Both the position numbers and the translations under genes were made by a program. From an uncultured delta proteobacterium (lineage in GTDB: Bacteria > Desulfobacterota > Desulfomonilia > Desulfomonilales > Desulfomonilaceae), in assembly GCA_963789265.1 (NCBI GenBank), contig CAWBKB010000003.1, positions 352,001 through 416,000 of the forward strand: a stretch of 64,000 nt of DNA, in the 5' to 3' direction. The notes beneath the pieces are model-generated. The model was not told where the DNA came from, did not search any database, and worked only from the letters and a program-made list of their open reading frames with translations. Below, piece by piece: positions 41,033-51,406 of this stretch (position 1 is its first letter; each line of letters starts with the position of its first letter).

Positions 41033-41554
41033 TCAGCGGTTTTTCCATTCTTCTTTGGTCTCATTCCTTAAGCGTTTCTTCCGATCTTTCCTCGTCTGTC
41101 GAGCCATCATGTCCTCTCTGATCTTGTCATGCCGCTCTCTTCTTTCAATGTCTTCCAACTCGGCCTGTGCTCTCAGCTTTTCGAAGCGAATCTTGGCCTC
41201 GTAGCTCCTAATTCGCTGTTCGCTTATAAGCGCCTCCTCGATTTTTTGCCAATCCTCATCGCCGCCGCAGCACCAGGAAATATGCTTGCGGACCAGAGAT
41301 CCAGGGATACCTTGGATGTACATCCCGCAACAGGGGCATGCGTCAACGTCCTCTTCCCCGGCGGGTTTCCTGAGGACATACCCTTCGTTCTCCAGCTCTT
41401 CGAGGGAGCATTCTCTTTGGATCCAGAGATCCCTTCTACGCAGGTACCCCCAACCGGGCCGTTCCGCCCATATTGTTTCCAGCATTTGGTCAGGGGCATC
41501 CGGTCGGCATGTGTAACTCGCGGGGTGGATCCAGAACGTCTGTTGACTTTTCAT
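41033..41554 (-). CDS. Hypothetical protein with a CPCC motif and charged helical C-terminus
   Basis: Plausible ORF; ACPCCG...H..WCC possible metal site. Confidence 0.6.
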   Translation of the reverse strand: MKSQQTFWIHPASYTCRPDAPDQMLETIWAERPGWGYLRRRDLWIQRECSLEELENEGYVLRKPAGEEDVDACPCCGMYIQGIPGSLVRKHISWCCGGDEDWQKIEEALISEQRIRSYEAKIRFEKLRAQAELEDIERRERHDKIREDMMARQTRKDRKKRLRNETKEEWKNR

Positions 41555-41797
41555 GGGCCCGTGTGAAGTCTGCAGGTACTGCGACCGTCAAGGAAGTTTG
41601 CCGCTTTGACTCCGTCCGGTGGTCAAACCAGACTCGTTCCGCACTTGCAACCAGTTGGACGGCAGGCTCGCTTGACAGACCTTCCCGATATTAACTAAGC
41701 TGATTGGTATGGTCAATGATTGTAGCCAGGCTTTCGGATGCAACCCGATAGAGAGCCAAAGTGTTTCCGCTTTTTAGCTATTGTTGGGAAATCCATT

Positions 41798-42880
41798 ATG
41801 GCAAATACTGATGTGGTCGAGTCCCTGCCCTCGTTGCTGGTGACTGCTGTCGGCAGCTTGCCTCATAGCGATCCGAACCAAGCGGTGGATCTTGTCCTCG
41901 AAAGCCTGATAACCGCGCCGCACGTGCCGCAGCTTTCCCAGGCGGATCTTCGGGAACAGATGTGGATACAATGCACCGAAGGTTTGCCCCGCTTCCGGCT
42001 GGATTCAGAAAATCTGTCCTATCATTTTGATACATCCGGCGACCCGGGCGCTGAAGTGGAGCAGTTCTACACCGTGTATCTAGAGATCATGGATGGGGCA
42101 CCGGCAGATCATTTTGCCATTGGGCCGGAGTACGGGAAAGGCATACATTGTTTTCTGGAGAGAATTCGTCAGGAGAGGAAGCGGCGCCCATTCATAAAGG
42201 TCCAGGTCACGGGTCCTCTGAGCTTCGCGCTGACAGTGACCGATGAGAACAAAAGAGCCATTTTCTATCACCCCGTTTTTCGCGATATAGCTGTTAAGGG
42301 TATGGGATTAAAGGCAATCTGGCTGATGGAACAATTCAAGCCATTTGCGGACAACGTGCTGGTCTTTTTCGATGAACCGAGTTTGAGCGCGTACGGCTCG
42401 TCCGCTTTTCTTGCTCTTTCAAAGAACGATGTGATCGAGTCCCTCCAGGACGTCATCTCAATGGTACAGGAGCGCGGCGGCATTCCCGGAGTCCATTGCT
42501 GCGGAAATACCGACTGGGGGATGCTCATGGAGACCTCAACTCGCATCATTAATTTCGATGCCATTGACTACATGGAGTCGATGTCTCTGTACGGACCGCA
42601 ACTATCTGCTTTTTTGGCACGTGGTGGCGTATTGGGATGGGGGGCGGTACCCAACACTGAGAAAGTCCTGGATGAGACAGCCGACGGTGTGCTGAGAAGA
42701 ATAGCTGGAGGAATCGAATTGCTGGAAAGCGCAGGAGTCGATCGGTCGGTTTTGACTGAAAAGATTCTCGTGACTCCAGCGTGTGGCTGCGCGGGTATGA
42801 CCGTCCGGCAATCGGAAAAGGTATACGAGATCCTGGCGGAACTTAATGCGAAATCGGCTGACAATATATTCGGCCACTGA
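41798..42880 (+). CDS. Single-domain (core) MetE-like methionine synthase
   Basis: VGSLPH, KVQVTGP, FFDEP, GVHCCGNTDW, GWGAVP and TPACG motifs; lacks the N-terminal half of MetE. Confidence 0.8.
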   Translation: MANTDVVESLPSLLVTAVGSLPHSDPNQAVDLVLESLITAPHVPQLSQADLREQMWIQCTEGLPRFRLDSENLSYHFDTSGDPGAEVEQFYTVYLEIMDGAPADHFAIGPEYGKGIHCFLERIRQERKRRPFIKVQVTGPLSFALTVTDENKRAIFYHPVFRDIAVKGMGLKAIWLMEQFKPFADNVLVFFDEPSLSAYGSSAFLALSKNDVIESLQDVISMVQERGGIPGVHCCGNTDWGMLMETSTRIINFDAIDYMESMSLYGPQLSAFLARGGVLGWGAVPNTEKVLDETADGVLRRIAGGIELLESAGVDRSVLTEKILVTPACGCAGMTVRQSEKVYEILAELNAKSADNIFGH

Positions 42881-42898
42881 GCGAAGAAAGGGTTTGTA

Positions 42899-43669
42899 AT
42901 GGGATCAACACTGGCGGTTGCAGGAAAAGGAGGAGTCGGCAAGACTTCGATAACTGCACTGATTATTAAAGCCTTGATAGAAGCCGGTAAGAATCCCCTT
43001 CTAGCCATAGATGGAGATTCCAACTCGAACCTGCATGAAGTCCTTGGGATCAAGAATCCCCGAAGCGTCGGCTGCGTTCGCGAAGATACCAGGAAAATGG
43101 GAGAAAATATTCCCGGCGGAATGACCAAGGATCGTTTTATGGAATACCAAATCCAGGCATCCCTGGAAGAGACCAAAAATCTTGATTTCCTCTCGATGGG
43201 TCGCCCGGAAGGTCCGGGTTGCTACTGCATGGCAAATAATATCTTGCGTGAAATAATTTCTAAACTGACGTCCAACTACTCGTATGTGATTATCGACAAC
43301 GAGGCGGGCATGGAACACCTTTCCCGTCGAACTGAAGAAGAAGTGGATCATCTTTTCATCATCTCGGATCCGGTTCCCCGGAGTCTCCGCACGATCGGTC
43401 GTATTGTCGAGCTGATTGACGAACTGGGAGGCCGTATTCACAACAAGCATCTCGTCTTGAGCCGGGTACAAGGGTCACCTGAAGATTTACCCGAGATGAC
43501 GCGAAAGGAGATCGCGGCCTTACCTTATCCCCCGGAGGGACTGATCCCTTACGACGATACGCTTGTAAGTCTTGATCTTCAGGGGCAGGCTCTTTTGAAG
43601 ATTTCGCCGGAAGCGCCTTCGTACAAGGCCGTCAAAGAGATGCTCGAGCAGTTGGGAATACTCAACTGA
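42899..43669 (+). CDS. cooC: CooC/AcsF-type CO dehydrogenase maturation ATPase
   Basis: GKGGVGKT, MGRPEGPGCYC and DNEAGMEHLSRR motifs. Confidence 0.9.
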   Translation: MGSTLAVAGKGGVGKTSITALIIKALIEAGKNPLLAIDGDSNSNLHEVLGIKNPRSVGCVREDTRKMGENIPGGMTKDRFMEYQIQASLEETKNLDFLSMGRPEGPGCYCMANNILREIISKLTSNYSYVIIDNEAGMEHLSRRTEEEVDHLFIISDPVPRSLRTIGRIVELIDELGGRIHNKHLVLSRVQGSPEDLPEMTRKEIAALPYPPEGLIPYDDTLVSLDLQGQALLKISPEAPSYKAVKEMLEQLGILN

Positions 43670-43704
43670 AGCTCTGAAGATACTGTGCACGGGGATAGCG
43701 CGTC

Positions 43705-43841
43705 CATTCACTTACGTGCGGCAAAGGATTGTCATTGCGAGCGGAGTGAAGCAATCTCTTCCTTCAAACGGCGCTTAGATTGCTTCGTCGTTTCACTCCT
43801 CGCAATGACAGGAGCCCAAAGATTCCCCGCGTAAGTGAAGG
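43705..43841. repeat. Palindromic repeat family A with outer IR (TTCACTTACG/CGTAAGTGAA)
   Basis: Core matches 9802-9879. Confidence 0.8.
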
Positions 43842-43978
43842 AATACGGGATAGCCGCGAAAATTCTTGACTTCCCTCACTCCCGCCCTATAATAGAAACT
43901 GAATCTTTATTTAATTTGCTCGAGGTTCTTGGGCCACGAACTCTCACATGTGGTTTTGGAGTTTGTAGGGAGTGTGAA

Positions 43979-44188
43979 ATGGTGTATACGGATGCCCAAG
44001 CTTGGCTGGATGCTCACGAGCTTATCGAGTGCAAGCCTTTAAAGGGTCGCTGGACCCGTGAGACCTGCCTTGAAATCTCCAGGAGGGTCCGCAAGGTGCC
44101 TAGAAATGCGAAATCTCAGGTGAATGTGGCAGCAGCCAGGACCCTGCCGTGTGCCAATTGCCCAATTCTCGCCGCGCTCGAAAAATAG
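43979..44188 (+). CDS. Small 4-Cys protein (WLD...C...KGRW....C...PCxxC)
   Basis: GGGAG RBS; upstream TTGACT-16-TATAAT (43866-43893); paralog at 55879. Confidence 0.7.
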   Translation: MVYTDAQAWLDAHELIECKPLKGRWTRETCLEISRRVRKVPRNAKSQVNVAAARTLPCANCPILAALEK

Positions 44189-44539
44189 CAATTCCCTGTG
44201 ATTACAAATGGATGAAGGAAGCGCTCTTTGGTGCTCGTGGGCTGCTATAGCAAGCGCCCGCATGTAGTGAACTGTGTCAAAAACTACTCTTAAAGAGACT
44301 TTTACTAGTTTGCAATCAAACGCTAAAAACAGCACGGATCTGACAAAGCCTCCCGCGGGACGCGGGATGGCACCCGGAACCTCATGAATAGATGTCGGGT
44401 GCCACTGACCTGAGCGCCGTTAAGGGGCCGGGTCAGTGCCGTGTGCCGATTTTCACTTATTTGGGGAGCGAACTAGTATTACGCTCGGGTAAAGATTCCT
44501 CTGTGAGTGAAACATTACGAGCACTTCTGAGACGACGAA

Positions 44540-47461
44540 CTAAGACGGGTCGGAAGTGATCGTTTCGATTTGTTCCCTTACTATCTTCTCTACAGCGCCC
44601 AAAAGCTTCAAATTGATTTCTTCGCGCAGAATATCCACAATTTCTTCTCTCTTGGGAAGCAATCCTCTGGTCCTCTCGTCGAAAAGGCCCCGTGACACGC
44701 TCTCAAGCCATACCCGTTCAGGCAACGAATTCTGGATTGCCTCTGCAATGCCATGTCCCAGAGTTTCCTGGAATCGCTCCTTTTCAGGGAGTGCACTTTT
44801 GATGGTCTCCAAAATCCGGTCTGTCCCGGGAAAGAGCTTGTCGATCAGTGCGCTTGGATCCACTTCGGTGACGATACGTTCAACTCTCTGCTCCAGCATT
44901 GAATGAAACGTAGCTCTAAGTTCTTCTTTTCCGGGGAGGAGGGATGAAAGGTGATCGTCGATTCGCGCAACCGCGCCGTCAGGCGACGTCAGGAACTCTA
45001 GCGATTCATCAACCCTGCTCATGATCCGATCCGCCGTTGGAATGGCCTGTAAAGCGGAATTCAGCCGCTCATTCACAATGTCGGCAGACGGCAGGGCAGC
45101 AAAAGCATTATCGAGGCGTATGCGAATATACTCTTGCGACGGCATGCCACGAAGGGCCGTATCCACACGTTCAGCGACCAACTCCGGCGATATTGCCTTT
45201 GCAAGCGCCGTGTCCAAGGCTTCTTTTACAAAGTCCCGCAAAGGCACATCCTGGAACGCTCCTTGCATTATCCTTTTCAACTCGTCGTAAGAAAAGAATT
45301 TTGCAACAGTTTCCTGGAATCTCTTGCTCAATTCGTCGCGAGGCAGCAAGGATAGAAGCCCTCTCTCCAGGCGCTCTCCGACCATTGAGCGCGAGGGGAG
45401 CACGGCCTGTATAGCGCGATCCACTCGCTCGGCGATTTCGTGTTCAGACGGCAAAGATCGCCTGAGGATCTCGTCAACTCTCGAAAAGATATCCTCACGA
45501 GTTGGTAGAGAGCCTGCAAGGTTCCGAACTATACTGTCCAACACCTCTTGTTTCGTTGGGAGAGACGATTGCAGGGCTCGTGAGACAGTTCCGGAAAATT
45601 CAGCTTTATCCGGTTGAGGCGTGAACTCCAAAGAGGGGGGCATTGTTTCCGGTAAAGCCGAGGCAGCACGTAGCGGTTCATGTACTGGAGTTGTGGAAGG
45701 CTTTGCACGAGCAGCTTCTTCACTCTCTCTCGCCAGGCCCGCAATCTTGCCGGCCGCTGCTGCCACGGCTCCTGCCGCAAGTGTTCCTCCAGCGACACCC
45801 GCAATTGTCTCAGCCATCGTGGGGCCGGGGGCAACCGTCGGTCGCTTCTTCGGAATCTCTTCGATCTCGTCCTCCAAGGAAATTTCGTCGAACGAAATGT
45901 CTTCAGTCACTTCCAGCATGGGTTCTTCTTCTCGCGTATCAGCAAAGAGGATATCCTCAGCGGAAGCGGCATCAAGAGTAATTTCTTCAATCGGCGTTTC
46001 TCCGATAGCTGGAGTCTCATCCAAGGAGATTTCCTCGGGGGTCTCGTCAAGATCAAGAGAGACCTCTTCCAGGTTAAGGTCGCCCGTTTTCTCTTCAGGA
46101 AATCGCTCGGTGGGAAATTCTTCGGTAGGAAGTTCTTCTCCAAAGAACTCCTGGGTTGTTATCTCTTCTTCGCCTATTTCGTCTAGGGTCAGTTCGTCGG
46201 TAGGCTCGTAAGAAGAGCTTGCGATCTGCGGCGTTTCCAGCCCAAGCGTGATATCCCCGGAGTCGTCAATCTGGATTTCCTCAAGGTCTTCGTTGGCAAG
46301 GTGTTCCATTTCTTGATTTTCCACGGGAACAGTGTCGTCGAGATCGGTTCCGACGAGGCTCTCCTCCGGGGTGTGGAATGCCTCCAATTCCTCCATTTCT
46401 ATCTCTCTGATTTCAGAATCTTGCTCCAGGTCGATAACGTCAAATTCCGTAGAAGAGGACGCATCTTTTATAAGAGAGTCATCGTCCAGCATCAGGTCTT
46501 CTGAGGTGAGGACTTTTGACGGTTCCTGGACGTCCAAGATGTTACCGATCTCGGTAACATCAGCATCTATCTCGCTCATTTCCTTCGACGCGAATTCTTC
46601 GATGGGCTCTTCAGACTCGAGTTCCAGTCCCAAATCATCTACATCCATCTCCACCGTTACCGAATCTTTGGAACTGGCTCCAGCCTCGCTCGTGTCCTCA
46701 GTGTCAGATCCAAAATCAGGGAGAGTCACATGAGAATCGAGATCGATTTCCAACACTTCGGAGGAAAGAGTGGCACCCAGATCGGTCGGAACATCGGAAA
46801 CCAACTCAATGGTCGGCTCGTAAGCCTCATCATCATCAATCCCCATATCTTCGAGGTTGAGCCGAACCGTGTCTTCGTAGGTCTCATCCTTTGCCATCTC
46901 TTTTGTGTGGTCCAATTCGGCGATGAGCGTCCCCGTGTCGATTTCGACGGTGTCGCCCACTTCTGTAGGAAGTTCCTCCGAGTCCAGCGCCGCATTGGAC
47001 ATGGCCAGCAGTTCCTCTGTCATTTCGCCGGAATCCTCGTCCGTGAAGTCGATCATGATCTCTTCGTCAGCATTTTCACCGGCTATGCCGCTTCGCAGGC
47101 CTAGAAGAGACTCCACCGTGTCGTTCAGAGTGACTCCGTCGATTGGTTTGCTTAGATATCCGTCCGCTCCTGAAGTGCGGGCCTCGGCCGGTGGCGGGCC
47201 GCCGGGATCACCGGTCATCAGCAGAATAGGAATATGAGAAAAGTCTCTCGAACCCTTTATGCGCTGGACTAGACGCCACCCAGGTACATCCGTGAGTAGT
47301 GAGTTCAAGATAATCAGGTCGGGCTTGTGAGTTTTAATAGCTTCCTTAAGTTCTCCGGAACTGGAAACATTTATAAATTCATTATCTTCTTGCACAAGAG
47401 AGCGCTTTACCGCTTCCTGGCTTTTAGGGTCTTTGTCGGCCACGACGATCCGGTAGGACAT
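44540..47461 (-). CDS. Pseudo-receiver domain protein with a long acidic linker and C-terminal helical repeats
   Basis: REC fold (VADKD, PDLIILN, GADGYLSKP); D/E-rich middle; LP[ST]xxE...R[VL]D repeats. Confidence 0.85.
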   Translation of the reverse strand: MSYRIVVADKDPKSQEAVKRSLVQEDNEFINVSSSGELKEAIKTHKPDLIILNSLLTDVPGWRLVQRIKGSRDFSHIPILLMTGDPGGPPPAEARTSGADGYLSKPIDGVTLNDTVESLLGLRSGIAGENADEEIMIDFTDEDSGEMTEELLAMSNAALDSEELPTEVGDTVEIDTGTLIAELDHTKEMAKDETYEDTVRLNLEDMGIDDDEAYEPTIELVSDVPTDLGATLSSEVLEIDLDSHVTLPDFGSDTEDTSEAGASSKDSVTVEMDVDDLGLELESEEPIEEFASKEMSEIDADVTEIGNILDVQEPSKVLTSEDLMLDDDSLIKDASSSTEFDVIDLEQDSEIREIEMEELEAFHTPEESLVGTDLDDTVPVENQEMEHLANEDLEEIQIDDSGDITLGLETPQIASSSYEPTDELTLDEIGEEEITTQEFFGEELPTEEFPTERFPEEKTGDLNLEEVSLDLDETPEEISLDETPAIGETPIEEITLDAASAEDILFADTREEEPMLEVTEDISFDEISLEDEIEEIPKKRPTVAPGPTMAETIAGVAGGTLAAGAVAAAAGKIAGLARESEEAARAKPSTTPVHEPLRAASALPETMPPSLEFTPQPDKAEFSGTVSRALQSSLPTKQEVLDSIVRNLAGSLPTREDIFSRVDEILRRSLPSEHEIAERVDRAIQAVLPSRSMVGERLERGLLSLLPRDELSKRFQETVAKFFSYDELKRIMQGAFQDVPLRDFVKEALDTALAKAISPELVAERVDTALRGMPSQEYIRIRLDNAFAALPSADIVNERLNSALQAIPTADRIMSRVDESLEFLTSPDGAVARIDDHLSSLLPGKEELRATFHSMLEQRVERIVTEVDPSALIDKLFPGTDRILETIKSALPEKERFQETLGHGIAEAIQNSLPERVWLESVSRGLFDERTRGLLPKREEIVDILREEINLKLLGAVEKIVREQIETITSDPS

Positions 47462-47864
47462 GGCGACCTCGCCTTTTTTTATCTAAAAAATACAACCAAT
47501 TCACCCTAAATGTCAAGTCAATTCAAGGTTACAACTATGTCTCTTTCGCAAGGAAATCTATGGCGGAGGAACGTTATCCTTGATAGAATGTCTTTGAGTT
47601 TAATCGTAAGTTTTCAAGATCCGGATAACAAGCCGCTGAAATTCGTCCGCCGGAAAGAATCATCTTCCTGCCATTTCGATCGGCCGGTGTTGATATCCAG
47701 AATTTTTGATAGACTATCTAAGAAGCTTCTTGCCTCACACATGAGCGATAGCTAAAAAGTGGCTTCATGTTAGCAGGTTAAGCAACCGTAACCAAGGTAA
47801 AAACTTGACTTGGTCTTCGTTATAGATTAAGAAAATACTTGATTCGAAGAAAGGAGAAATCGCT

Positions 47865-48611
47865 ATGCTCGAGGCCTTTGCCACGGCATTGCCCCAACAC
47901 ACGTTTCATCAACAAGGCATGTTCGAAATCGTTATGGGCGCCGGATGGGTAGTGAAAGGTGTGATGCTCGTACTCCTCTTGTTTTCCATAATATGCTGGG
48001 GGATCATTTTAACCAAAGCAATCACGTTGTCCCACGCTCGCAAGGATACTCAACTCTTTTTCGACGCATTTCGTGAATCGCGCAAATTCTCCCTTTTATA
48101 CGCAGAGGCTAAACAATTCACGTTCAGCCCTCTTGCCCATGTTTTCAAAGCGGGTTACGCCGAACTAAATCGGTTGTCTCGGATACAGCAGGCCGCTCAG
48201 AGTTCCGCGGATTCCACGCAAGAGCCGGAGTACGAACGAACGGGCATGGATAATGTGACGCGTTCGCTCCAGCAGGCTGTAACCGCAGAGAGGAGTCGTC
48301 TCGAACGAGGCGTGAACTTTCTGGCCACCACGGGCTCATCTGCTCCTTTCATCGGTCTATTCGGGACTGTTTGGGGAATCATGGAGTCCTTTCGCCGGAT
48401 AGGTGTCATGAAGAGTGCATCGCTGGCAGTAGTGGCACCGGGAATAGCCGAGGCATTGATCGCTACCGCTGCAGGTTTGGCAGCGGCAATTCCTGCGGTT
48501 ATTTTTTACAACTATTTTCTGAGCCGCATCAACACGATCTCCGGCGAAATGGATAACTTTTCTTCGGAACTGATAAATATAATTGAGCGGATTTACTGGG
48601 CGAGAAAATAA
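47865..48611 (+). CDS. tolQ: TolQ
   Basis: FLATTGSSAPFIGLFGTVWGIM and VAPGIAEALIATAAGL motifs. Confidence 0.95.
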   Translation: MLEAFATALPQHTFHQQGMFEIVMGAGWVVKGVMLVLLLFSIICWGIILTKAITLSHARKDTQLFFDAFRESRKFSLLYAEAKQFTFSPLAHVFKAGYAELNRLSRIQQAAQSSADSTQEPEYERTGMDNVTRSLQQAVTAERSRLERGVNFLATTGSSAPFIGLFGTVWGIMESFRRIGVMKSASLAVVAPGIAEALIATAAGLAAAIPAVIFYNYFLSRINTISGEMDNFSSELINIIERIYWARK

Positions 48612-48662
48612 CCGTGCGCATCTGCCCGCTCCACTTCTGCGCTTAGGTGCGCTAAGGAGTAA

Positions 48663-49100
48663 TTGATGGCTTTTAGCATGAGTTCACAGAGAAGAACAGC
48701 AATGGCGGAGATCAACGTCACTCCGCTCGTTGACGTTATGCTGGTCCTGCTCATCATCTTCATGGTTACTGCCCCTATGATGCAAGAAGGTGTTTCAGTG
48801 GAACTGCCTCAGGCGAAGGGGGCACCCATTAGTAAAGAGCAGCAGGCGAAAGATGTCGTTATATCTGTTTCCGGTCAAGGGAATATTTTTGTCAACGATC
48901 AGGCAGTGCAGGAAGACAAACTCCCGCAGAAGATTGTTGATGTGACCAAAGACCAGCCAGCTAGAGAAGTATATCTTCGTGCAGACAAAACTGTACCTTA
49001 TGGTACGGTGGTCCGCATTATGGGAGCGCTAAAGAGCGCAGGAATAGCTAACCTCGGGATGATAACGACCCCCCAAGAAGAATCTAAGCCTGTAAAATGA
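48663..49100 (+). CDS. tolR: TolR
   Basis: EINVTPLVDVMLVLLIIFMVTAP and LRADK.VPYG.VV motifs. Confidence 0.95.
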   Translation: MMAFSMSSQRRTAMAEINVTPLVDVMLVLLIIFMVTAPMMQEGVSVELPQAKGAPISKEQQAKDVVISVSGQGNIFVNDQAVQEDKLPQKIVDVTKDQPAREVYLRADKTVPYGTVVRIMGALKSAGIANLGMITTPQEESKPVK

Positions 49101-49966
49101 CAGTCATTTATGCCAGATCCGCCGCTGCGGCCTCGCCGTGGGGACTCCTGCTCTCGGTGTGTCTTCACGGCTTGGCATTTCTGGCGGTAATCATCCTGGC
49201 ATTTCCCCTCTCTAAAGCGAACAAACCGGTGGATGAAGTCATCAGCCATGTGAAGCTTGTGGAGTTCAACACACGTCCACCGGTTGCCGAGCAAATCCAG
49301 GCCGGCCCGGCCCAGGCTACAAACGTTCACTCGCCCGAAGTCCTTACCCAGGCGGAACAGCATGAAAAGAGTCCGGAGAAATCACGCGCAACTGTAAAAG
49401 CCAGGACCATAGGCTCTCAGACTCGAAATGTCATCGCTATGAAGAAACGCAAAAGGCCTCTCCGCCGGGTTGAAGCCGCCAAAGAGCCCGACAAGAAGAA
49501 GTCAGAAGTCAAAAGCGCCAAGACCAAAGAGAGCTCACAGTCTTTCCTGGAAAAGCGTCTGGCAGCCATTCGTCGGGAAGTTGACAGCAAAAAAGCCGAA
49601 GCTGGACCCTCACAATTCTCCCAACCTCCCGGGCTGCCCGGCGAGAAAAACAGCGGCTCCTCGATTGACGCAAAGGCTGTTCGCTGGTTCAATAGTGTCC
49701 GGACCACCATAAATTCCCATTGGTCCATTCTTGTAGACGATCGGCAACTGGAAAGAGTGACCATTATCGGGGTAAGAATAGCCGATAACGGTAGCCTCAT
49801 GGACGCCTCCGTAGATGAAAGCTCCGGCGACCGTGTATTTGACCGGTCTGCAATGAGAGCCGTCTTTCAGGCGGCCCCATTTCCGCCTGTTCCCTTAGAA
49901 GTCAAGGAGAAGATCAGCAAAGCAGGCGGGCTCGCCTTCCGATTCACACCCAAAGGCATGCAATGA
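49097..49966 (+). CDS. tolA: TolA/TonB family protein
   Basis: SVCLH TM anchor; C-terminal SSGDRVFDRSAMRAV..AAPFP; position in the tol operon. Confidence 0.85.
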   Translation: MTVIYARSAAAASPWGLLLSVCLHGLAFLAVIILAFPLSKANKPVDEVISHVKLVEFNTRPPVAEQIQAGPAQATNVHSPEVLTQAEQHEKSPEKSRATVKARTIGSQTRNVIAMKKRKRPLRRVEAAKEPDKKKSEVKSAKTKESSQSFLEKRLAAIRREVDSKKAEAGPSQFSQPPGLPGEKNSGSSIDAKAVRWFNSVRTTINSHWSILVDDRQLERVTIIGVRIADNGSLMDASVDESSGDRVFDRSAMRAVFQAAPFPPVPLEVKEKISKAGGLAFRFTPKGMQ

Positions 49967-51369
49967 AGCGTAAGTCTCCCAAGGGCAATTGTCGCCCAGG
50001 ATTGTCCAGGGACTCAACCCAGAATGTTTCAAAGGCCATATCGGAGAGCAGCGTAAGCCCCGGCAGAAAAATCGGCAAACTTACCATCGGGGGCCGTCTG
50101 AAGACGCTGTTTTGCCTTATTTCGCTCGTGTCAATGGTCGCCTGGCCGGTTCAATCTCATTGCAAACTCTTTCTGGATCTGGAAAATCCGAATTCGGCAA
50201 AGATGCCCATAGCAGTACCGGACTTCGTTGGCCAAGGACCGGCCTCCCTCAATGGGCACGACCTGGCTAGAATAATCAAAAACGATCTGTACCTTACAGG
50301 ACTTTTCGACATTGTAGAGGGTTTACCATCGAGTTCGCATAATCTCACGGATCCCCCGGATTTTGATAGCTGGTCCCAAATCGGCGCCCAAGCGCTGATA
50401 CTGGGAAGCTTCCAAGTGAGAGGCGATGAATTGGTCGTAGAGGCCCAGCTCTATGACGTCGCCCTAAAGAGACTTGAGTTGGGCAAACGCTACACCGGTA
50501 GAAAGAACTATTATCGCACCATGATCCACAAATTCGGGGATCGCGTTATGGAAAAACTTACAAACGTTCCTGGCTGCTTCACCACTCAAATCGCTTTCGT
50601 GGGGGCCGGCCGATCCCGAGAAATTTTCAGCATGGATTTCGACGGCCATAACTTGTGGCAGATTACTCGAACGGGGAGCATAAATCTCTCCCCTGAATGG
50701 TCGCCGACCGGGCGAGGTATGATATTCACTTCTTATATGAATCGTAAGCCTGACCTATGGGGAGTGGATTTAGCCACTCTGAAGCCGTACGTAATATCCG
50801 CTCGGCCTGGGCTCAACGCTTCTGGGCGGTACTCATACGATAGTAAGTTCATTGCATTATCTATGAGTTTTAAAGGAACACCTAAGATATTTATCATAAC
50901 ACCGCAAGGACAAATTATAAAAGAGTTGACGTCTGGCAGAGGAAATGATATCTCTCCCACATGGTCGCCCGATGGATCGGCCATCGCCTATGTTTCGGAT
51001 CAAGTAGGGACTCCACAGATCTATATTATTCCGGTGAATGGCGGTGAACCGAGACGCCTTACCCTGCAAGGCAACTACAATACTGATCCGAAGTGGTCGC
51101 CACGAGGAGATTTATTGGCTTTCACCGCCCGTATCAAGGGACGGTTTCAGATATGCACCATAAGAACGGATGGCACCGACTTGCGGGTGCTGACCGGAGC
51201 CGGGTCAAATCAAGCGCCGACCTGGTCGCCCGACGGCAGGATGATAGCTTTTCAATCCAACAGGGATGGAAGAAAGCTGATCTACGTCATGGACGCCCGT
51301 GGAGAGATCCAGGTCCCGGTCTCACCCATCACGGGGAGGGCGCCCGCTTGGTCTCGGACAGGTCGATAA
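49963..51369 (+). CDS. tolB: TolB beta-propeller protein
   Basis: PIAVPDF; repeated P.WSPDG motifs; true start may be downstream. Confidence 0.93.
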   Translation: MKRKSPKGNCRPGLSRDSTQNVSKAISESSVSPGRKIGKLTIGGRLKTLFCLISLVSMVAWPVQSHCKLFLDLENPNSAKMPIAVPDFVGQGPASLNGHDLARIIKNDLYLTGLFDIVEGLPSSSHNLTDPPDFDSWSQIGAQALILGSFQVRGDELVVEAQLYDVALKRLELGKRYTGRKNYYRTMIHKFGDRVMEKLTNVPGCFTTQIAFVGAGRSREIFSMDFDGHNLWQITRTGSINLSPEWSPTGRGMIFTSYMNRKPDLWGVDLATLKPYVISARPGLNASGRYSYDSKFIALSMSFKGTPKIFIITPQGQIIKELTSGRGNDISPTWSPDGSAIAYVSDQVGTPQIYIIPVNGGEPRRLTLQGNYNTDPKWSPRGDLLAFTARIKGRFQICTIRTDGTDLRVLTGAGSNQAPTWSPDGRMIAFQSNRDGRKLIYVMDARGEIQVPVSPITGRAPAWSRTGR

Positions 51370-51406
51370 TGAGGGGAGGGATGCGGTTAGAAAGGAGAAC
51401 ACATTC

